From Pristiophorus japonicus (Eukaryota): 58,790 nt of DNA. Position numbers and translations under genes: made by a program. The notes under the pieces were generated by a model, which saw nothing but the letters and a program-made list of their open reading frames with translations, did no database searches and was not told where the DNA came from. Location of the stretch: contig NW_027254618.1 in assembly GCF_044704955.1 (NCBI RefSeq), positions 186,001 through 244,790 on the forward strand. The letters run 5' to 3'. Positions 51,605 to 58,790 of the stretch are shown here, piece by piece (the first letter of the stretch is position 1; the number at the start of each line of letters is the position of its first letter).

Positions 51605-54440
51605 TAGAAACATAGAAAATAGGTGCAGGAGTAGGCCATTCGGCCCTTCTAGCCTGCACCGCCATTCAATGAGTTCATGGCTGAACATGCAACTTCAGTA
51701 CCCCATTCCTTCTTTCTCACCATACCTCTTGATTCCCCTAGTAGTAAGGACTTCATCTAACTCCTTTTTGAATATATTTAGTGAATTGGCCTCAACAACT
51801 TTCTGTGGTAGAGAATTCCACAGGTTCACCACTCTCTGGGTGAAGAAATTCCTCCTCATCTCGGTCCTAAATGGCTTACCCCTTATCCTTAGACTGTGTC
51901 CCCTGGTTCTGGACTTCCCCAACATTGGGAACATTCTTCCTGCATCTAACCTGTCTAACCCCGTCAGAATTTTAAACGTTTCTATGAAGTCCCCTCTCAT
52001 TCTTCTGAACTCCAGTGAATACAAGCCCAGTTGATCCAGTCTTTCTTGATGGGTCAGTCCCGCCATCCCGGGAATCAGTCTGGTGAACCTTCGCTGCACT
52101 CCCTCAATAGCAAGAATGTCCTTCCTCAGGTTAGGAGACCAAAACTGTACACAATACTCCAGGTGTGGCCCCACCAAGGCCCTGTACAACTGTAGCAACA
52201 CCTCCCTGCCCCTGTACTCAAATCCCCTCGCTATGAAGGCCAACATGCTATTTGCTTTCTTAACCGCCTGCTGTACCTGCATGCCAACCTTCAATGACTG
52301 ATGTACCATGACACCCAGGTCTCGTTGCACCTCCCCTTTTCCTAATCTGTCACCATTCAGATAATAGTCTGTCTCTCTGTTTTTACCACCAAAGTGGATA
52401 ACCTCACAGTTATCCACATTATACTTCATCTGCCATGCATTTGCCCACTCACCTAACCTATCCAAGTCGCTCTGCAGCCTCATAGCATCCTCCTCGCAGC
52501 TCACACTGCCACCCAACTTAGTGTCATCCGCAAATTTGGAGATACTACATTTAATCCCATCGTCTAAATCATTAATGTACAGTGTAACAGCTGGGGCCCC
52601 AGCACAGAACCTTGCGGTACCCCATTAGTCACTGCCTGCCATTCTGAAAAGTCCCCATTTACTCGTACTCTTTGCTTCCTGTCTGACAACCAGTTCTCAA
52701 TCCATGTCAGCACACTACCCCCAATCCCATGCTTTAACTTTGCACATTAATCTCTTGTGTGGGACCTTGTCGAAAGCCTTCTGAAAGTCCAAATATACCA
52801 CATCAACTGGTTCTCCCTTGTCCACTCTACTGGAAACATCCTCAAAAAATTCCAGAAGATTTGTCAAGCATGATTTCCCTTTCACAAATCCATGCTGACT
52901 TGGACCTATCATAGCACCTCTTTCCAAATGCACTGCTATGACATCCTTAATAATTGATTCCATCATTTTACCCACTACCGATGTCAGGCTGACTGGTCTA
53001 TAATTCCGTGTTATCTCTCTCCCTCCTTTTTTTAAAAAGTGGGGTTACATTGGCTACCCTCCACTCCATAGGAACTGATCCAGTCAATGGAATGTTGGAA
53101 AATGACTGTCAATGCATCCACTATTTCCAAGGCCACCTCCTTAAGTACTCTGGGATGCAGGCCATCAGACCCTGGGGATTTATCGGTCTTCAATCCCATC
53201 AATTTCCCCAAACAATTTCCTGACTAATAAGGATTTCCCTCAGTTCCTCCTCCTTTCTAGACCCTCCGACCCCTTTTATATCCGGAAGGTTGTTTGTGTC
53301 CTCCTCAGTGAATACCGAACCAAAGTACTTGTTCAATTGGTCCGCCATTTCTTTGTTCCCCGTTATGACTTCCCCTGATTCTGACTGCAGGGGACCTACG
53401 TTTGTCTTTACTAACCTTTTTCTCTTTACATATCTATAGAAACTTTTGTAATCCGTCTTAATGTTCCCTGCAAGCTTCTTCTCGTACTCCATTTTCCCTG
53501 CCCTAATCAAACCCTTTGTCCTCCTCTGCTGAGTTCTAAATTTCTCCCAGTCCCCGGGTTCGCTGCTATTTCTGGCCAATTTGTATGCCACTTCCTTGGC
53601 TTTAATACTATCCCTGATTTCCCTTGATAGCCACGGTTGAGCCACCTTCCCTTTTTTATTTTTACGCCAGACAGGAATGTACAATTGTTGTAGTTCATCC
53701 ATGCGGTCTCTAAATGTCTGCCATTGCCCATCCACAGTCAACCCCTTCAGTATCATTCGCCAATCTATCCTAGCCAATTCACGCCTCATACCTTCAAAGT
53801 TACCCTTCTTTAAGTTCTGGACCATGGTCTCTGAATTAACTGTTTCATTCTCCATCCTAATGCAGAATTCCACCATATTATGGTCACTCTTCCCCAAGGG
53901 GCCTTGCACAACGAGATTGCTAATTAATCCTCTCTCATTACACAACACCCAGTCTAAGATGGCCTCCCCCCTAGTTGGTTCCTCGACATATTGGTCTAAA
54001 AAACCATCCCTTATGCACTCCAGGAAATCCTCCTCCACCGTATTGCTTCCAGTTTGGTTAACCCAATCTATGTGCATATTAAAGTCACCCATTATAACTG
54101 CTGCACCTTTATTGCACGCACCCCTAATTTCATGTTTGATGCCCTCCCAAACATCACTACTACTGTTTGGAGGTCTGTACACAACTCCCACTAACGTTTT
54201 TTGCCCTTTGGTATTCTGCAGCTCTACCCATATAGATTCCACATCATCCAAGCTAATCTCCTTCTGAACTATTGCCTTAATTTCCTCCTTAGCCAGCAAT
54301 GCTACCCCACCTCCTTTTCCTTTTATTCTATCTTTCCTGAATGTTGACTACCCCTGGATGTTGAGTTCCCAGCCCTGATAATCCTGGAGCCACGTCTCCG
54401 TAATCCCAATCACATCATATTTGTTAACATCTATTTGCAC
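51605..54440 (-). mobile_element. Long CR1 LINE (most of ORF2: endonuclease and RT, frameshifted)
   Basis: ORFs 53199-54299 (YRPPN, MGDFN, SDH), 52715-52975 (YLDFQKAFDKVPH) and 51695-52516; intact 3' tail. Confidence 0.95.
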
Positions 54441-54744
54441 TGTACTGTGCTATTCTTGCTCTGTGTGACTGTTGGATTCTGTTCCTTCTTTAGGCCTATG
54501 TTAGTTTGAGATTATCCGCGATTGTCTCAGGAGGAGGTTTGGTTCAGTCCATTACCTCCGTTTCTCTGCTCTTGTATGTTAGTTGCTGCGTTTGAGAGTC
54601 AGTGTACAGACATCAGTGTGGATTGACACCGTGTCAGTCAGTCCTTGTGTGTGAGTAAGGGAGTGAAAATGGATCTGCCTCTCAGAGCGATATGTTTGGA
54701 CTTTGAAACATCATCTTATTGTACTGTTCCAAGTGACAGTGGGA

Positions 54745-56680
54745 GTCATAATGTAACTCTGGGATTCGGATCACTGTGGGACTGACAGCTTCTGCTACCT
54801 GTGACAATATGATTGAGATCAGTTCTGTGCCTCTGTGAGTGATAATGTACTTACTGTGTGTGAGAAGGAGCTGCCTGCACTGTTCCTTGTGTTCCAGGTG
54901 GCGGAAGGATCACATTTATTCTGGGGGTGAAGTATTTTGCTCTGAGAATAATAATGAGAAAAATATTAGGTACAAGTCATGGACAGGTGCCCATAGACTA
55001 TAACAATAGTTATAATTACTGTGTATTTTTATCACAAAGTAAAGTATCTGGAGAGAGGAATGCGCGATACAAACAGTGACATTGTCTGACCTCACTGCAG
55101 TACAGCGGCACTCAGATTCTCTCATCATCATCATCATCATCATAGGCGGTCCCTCGAACCAGGATGACTTGCTTCCACGTGAGTTCAGATGTTTCAATGA
55201 AGGACCTGATATTCCAGTCCTGAACTCCAATTGAAAGGGTGGAAGATGCCTGTGCGTGGATTTTTTAAACGTGTGGTGACCATTACACATCAGCCACCAC
55301 ACGGGCTTGACAGAGCTCGGCCTTTATCCAGTAGCAAGGGTTGACCAGGACTGGAGACCTGCTCGGCTGCACAGACCTAGTGCGCACAGACCCAGTGTGG
55401 GCTGGCCTGTGCTGCCCCTGGGCCCTGTACCCTCATTCGCCGCACCTCCGTCACAATCTCTCGCCGCTCCTCCGCCACAAACATTCGCCGCACCTCCGCC
55501 ATGATCTCCCACCGCACATCCATTACAAACATTTGCCGAACCTCCGCCACGATCTCTCGCCGCTCCTCCGCCATAAAACACTTGCCGCACCTCCGTCATG
55601 ATCGCCCACCGCACATCCACACCAAACATTCGCCGAACCTCCGCCACGATCACCCACCGAATCTCAGCCACGATCCCTCAATGCCCCTCCGCCTCGATCA
55701 CTCACCACACCTCCGCCACGACCATGAGCAGAGGAGCGGGACGGTCGTGGTGGAGGTGTGGCGAGTGATCAGATTCCCCACACCAGCTGTGTCAGACGGT
55801 TCTATAGTAAGTTATCAGCATCCAGACACAACCCAAACCCAGCACTGGTCCATGAATGGGAACACCCGATTGGCAGAGTCCAGGTTTATATCTCCCACTT
55901 CCATGGGACAATCTGTAAAGTTCTGAATCGCTTCCTGGAATATAACCACAGGTATCTGGGCTGTACAACAATTGTTTTCAGTCTAATGAAACAGAGCTGA
56001 GAGCCTGTACAGTTAACAGAATGTCACAGATGTATCTGAGGGAGCGACAATGTATCTCTCGATCACCAGCAACACGGTTCTAGAGAATTCAACGCACCGA
56101 AACAAAATAACCGATTATTGAAATGTCTCCTGTCACACTCCTCTCCTGGTGCCTGCAATAGATGCACTTTGTGACACTCCTCCCATCCTCACTCTCAGGC
56201 TGTGTTTCCACTGTTCAATGTCCCAGAACAACAGACACTGTGAGATTGGAACTGAATCAGGAACATTCATTACTGATTTGGGGAAAGAAAGCAGCACTGA
56301 TTTGAAAGTGCGAGGTGGTTTACTTTCTCTGTTACCTTACACCGTACACACACAGCCCGAGAATGGCCTCTCCCTTCCCCCACTCACTCCATGTTCCGGA
56401 ACTAGTTCCTGCTCCACTCCACCTATTACAGACAGCCCCCGACTGCCGCTGCACTTACCCCGACTCAAAGGCCATCTGTGGACACAGTCCCAATGTGCTG
56501 TAAGGAGGCTGCTGTTTGCTCCCTTACTTGGGCCCGGGATATCTCCGCTCTCTGATGTGTTCAACGATCATCAGCCCAGCACAGAGTAAACGGCAGCCGC
56601 TGACAGAGCTGGAGGAGGGGAGCTTGCCTGGGCCCTGCTTGTCGGTTTAAACACTGTGTGGGGAGGGGAGGAGCAGCATG
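54745..56680 (-). other. Repeated non-coding module, copy 3
   Basis: Colinear with copy 2 except for the insertion at 55120-55768; GTAAGT donor at 54849-54854. Confidence 0.65.
55120..55768 (-). mobile_element. Non-LTR insertion with (ATG)n tail (RTE-like) containing a GC-rich ~37-bp minisatellite
   Basis: (CAT)n at 55123-55143; TCAGATTC duplicated at 55112-55119 and 55769-55776; absent from copy 2. Confidence 0.7.
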
Positions 56681-56874
56681 TATTTAGCGCATGCTCAGAC
56701 CATCTTTTTGTCACAAATTAAATTCACAAAAATGGATTGTTTCATAAGTTGATTTTATCTCTAATTAAATAGGTCACATTGAGAGGATTTTAATTATAAT
56801 CCGAATTACCAACAAAATGATTCGGTGTGCCGGACACTGGAGTGGGATTTCCTCGAGAGTTTTACTCTTTCCGT

Positions 56875-57145
56875 CAGTCTCTGGTGTGTGTGAGTGTGCC
56901 CCTGTCATTTCTGATAGGGGACTATGGGTTTTATTTGCTGCATATTATTGTTCTGATAACTGGGTGTGGGTTTTATTCTGTACCTGTCAGTCTCTGCTAT
57001 GGGAATGTGGGTTTTATTCTGTACCTGTCAGTCTATGTTGTGAAAGTGTGCATTTTACTCTGTACCTGTCAGTTTCTAATATGAGTGTGTAGATTTTTTT
57101 CTGTACCTGTCAATCTCTGGAATGTGAGTTTGGGTTTATTCTATT
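56875..57145. repeat. 41-bp satellite remnant
   Basis: Same consensus. Confidence 0.8.
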
Positions 57146-57489
57146 TTAACCTGGCTATGAACCCTGCTCCCTCACGGCATAGGTGTCCTCTGGAAATACA
57201 CTCAGCAGATCAGTACGAATCTCTTGCCAGTTATTCAAAAGTTTCAGATAAATGCACAAAATAACCAAACTGCTTCAAAAACAGACACAGGCTGTCAAAA
57301 ATAATGAAAAACAAGGCCCAGTAGATTTAGAGAGAGAGCTCGGGCTGGTGGGAATCCATCACTGGATCGTTCACATAAGCCGAGTGGATTCATTTGGTGA
57401 TAGTACGAATTCACTGGTAGGTATTCGGTGAATAAGGTAAATAATCACCAGATTGGAATTTAGCTTTTTCTTGGAACATCACAGATAAG

Positions 57490-57830
57490 TGGATCGCAAG
57501 CAGGGTGGGAGAATTTGGTGATAGTAGGAATTCATTGCAAATTATTGACCTGGTTAGGAAATTGACTGAGCTGTAGGAGACAGAGGGTAGGGACAAAGGT
57601 TGGTTCTCAAGTTGGCAGGATGTGGTGTCCCACAGGGATCTATTTTGGGGCTTCAACTATCCTCAGTATTTATTAATGACTTAGTTGATGGCATAGAAAG
57701 ACATATCGAAATTTGCCACTGACACAAAAGATAGCCGGCATTGCAGGCAGTGTAGTTGAAATTACAAAGGGATAGCGATAGATTAAGTTAATGGGCAAAA
57801 CTGCGTCAAATCGATTTCAATGTAGACACT
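57490..57830 (+). mobile_element. Old CR1 RT fragment
   Basis: Degenerate GVPQGS.LG and KFA.DTK region. Confidence 0.6.
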
Positions 57831-57837
57831 TTGAGGC

Positions 57838-58370
57838 CAAGTTTTGGCCTGAGTTGCTCCTGTTTTTTTGCAGAACTGGTTTAGAATGGGGTATCTTAGA
57901 AATTGCAATTCTCGGCATTTAGTTTGCTCCAGTTCTAGTCAGTTAGAACAGTTTCAGTTTGGAACAGATTTTTTTTTTCAAAAGGGGGCGTGTCCGGCCA
58001 CTTACGCCCGTTTTGAAAGTTTAGGCAGTGAAAACTTACTCCATTCTAAGTTAGTTTGGAGTAAGTGTAGATTTTGGTACGCTCAGAAAAACCTTGTCTA
58101 CACTTAGAAAATCAGGCGTAGGTTACAAATCAGGCGTAGGGAATGGGAGGGGGGGTTTAAAGGGAAGTTTACAAACATTAAACACTTCAGTTTTACAAAT
58201 AAAGAGCCATCATCAATAATAAATGATAAATACATCAATAAATCAACCAATAAATCAATTAAAAAAAAAAAAAATAAACAAAATTTAAAAATCAATAAAA
58301 AAAAACATTTTCTACTTACCGACTGCAGCACTGGGAGCCCTCCAACAGCGTGCTGCGACGGGGCTCCCCC
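57838..58370 (+). repeat. Unclassified interspersed repeat (longer copy)
   Basis: First ~300 bp similar to 24935-25210. Confidence 0.7.
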
Positions 58371-58394
58371 AGTGTGTCTCTATCTCTCTGTCTG

Positions 58395-58790
58395 TTTCTG
58401 TGTTTCTGACAGCGAGGAAGGGGGGGGGGGGGGAGAGAAAGGATGGGGGGGAGAGAAAGGGGGGGGGAAGAGAGAAAGGGGGTGGGGAAGGAGAGAAAGG
58501 GGGGGGAGAGAGAGAGAGAAAGGGGGGGGAGAGAGAGAGAGAAGGGGGGGAGAGAAAGGGGGGGGGAGAGAGAGAAAGGGGAGGGGGGAGAAGGAGGGAG
58601 GGAGGGGGAGAAGAGAGAGAGAGGGAGGGAGGGGGAGAAGAGAGAGAGAGGGAGGGAGGGGGAGAAGAGAGAGAGAGGGAGGGAGGGGGAGAAGAGAGAG
58701 GGAGGGGGAGAAGAGAGAGGGAGGGGGAGAAGAGAGAGAGAGGGGGAGAAGAGAGAGAGAGGGGGAGAAGAGAGAGAGAGGGGGAGAAGA
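58395..58790. repeat. GA-rich low-complexity tract
   Basis: Nearly pure purine (GGGA/GAGA) repeats. Confidence 0.95.

Overview
Eukaryotic vertebrate DNA, most likely a cartilaginous fish. This is inferred from dense CR1 LINEs, Deu-type and other tRNA-derived SINEs, and the style of the C2H2 zinc-finger genes. The left half (about 1-25 kb) holds three decayed C2H2-ZNF paralogs among CR1/L2 fragments and minisatellites. The middle (32-46 kb) is a replication-dependent histone cluster: H1, H4 and H3 on +, then a tandemly triplicated, progressively decaying H2A/H2B/H4 block on -. The right end is 41-bp satellite, a repeated non-coding module and a long CR1. The most striking feature is at 41.66-42.60 kb, where one H2B gene is interrupted after codon 6-7 by three stacked copies of a ~310-350 bp poly(A)-tailed element. 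The element is built from U2 and U1 snRNA pieces (U2 5' hairpin, U1 5' end, U2 3' domain, second U2 5' hairpin, unique tail). Each copy is followed by the same AAAAGAAACC target duplication, and one copy carries about 20 A-to-G changes. This looks like a snRNA-derived, histone-H2B-targeting SINE with an ADAR-hyperedited retrocopy. All alignments were made by eye, so repeat boundaries are approximate.
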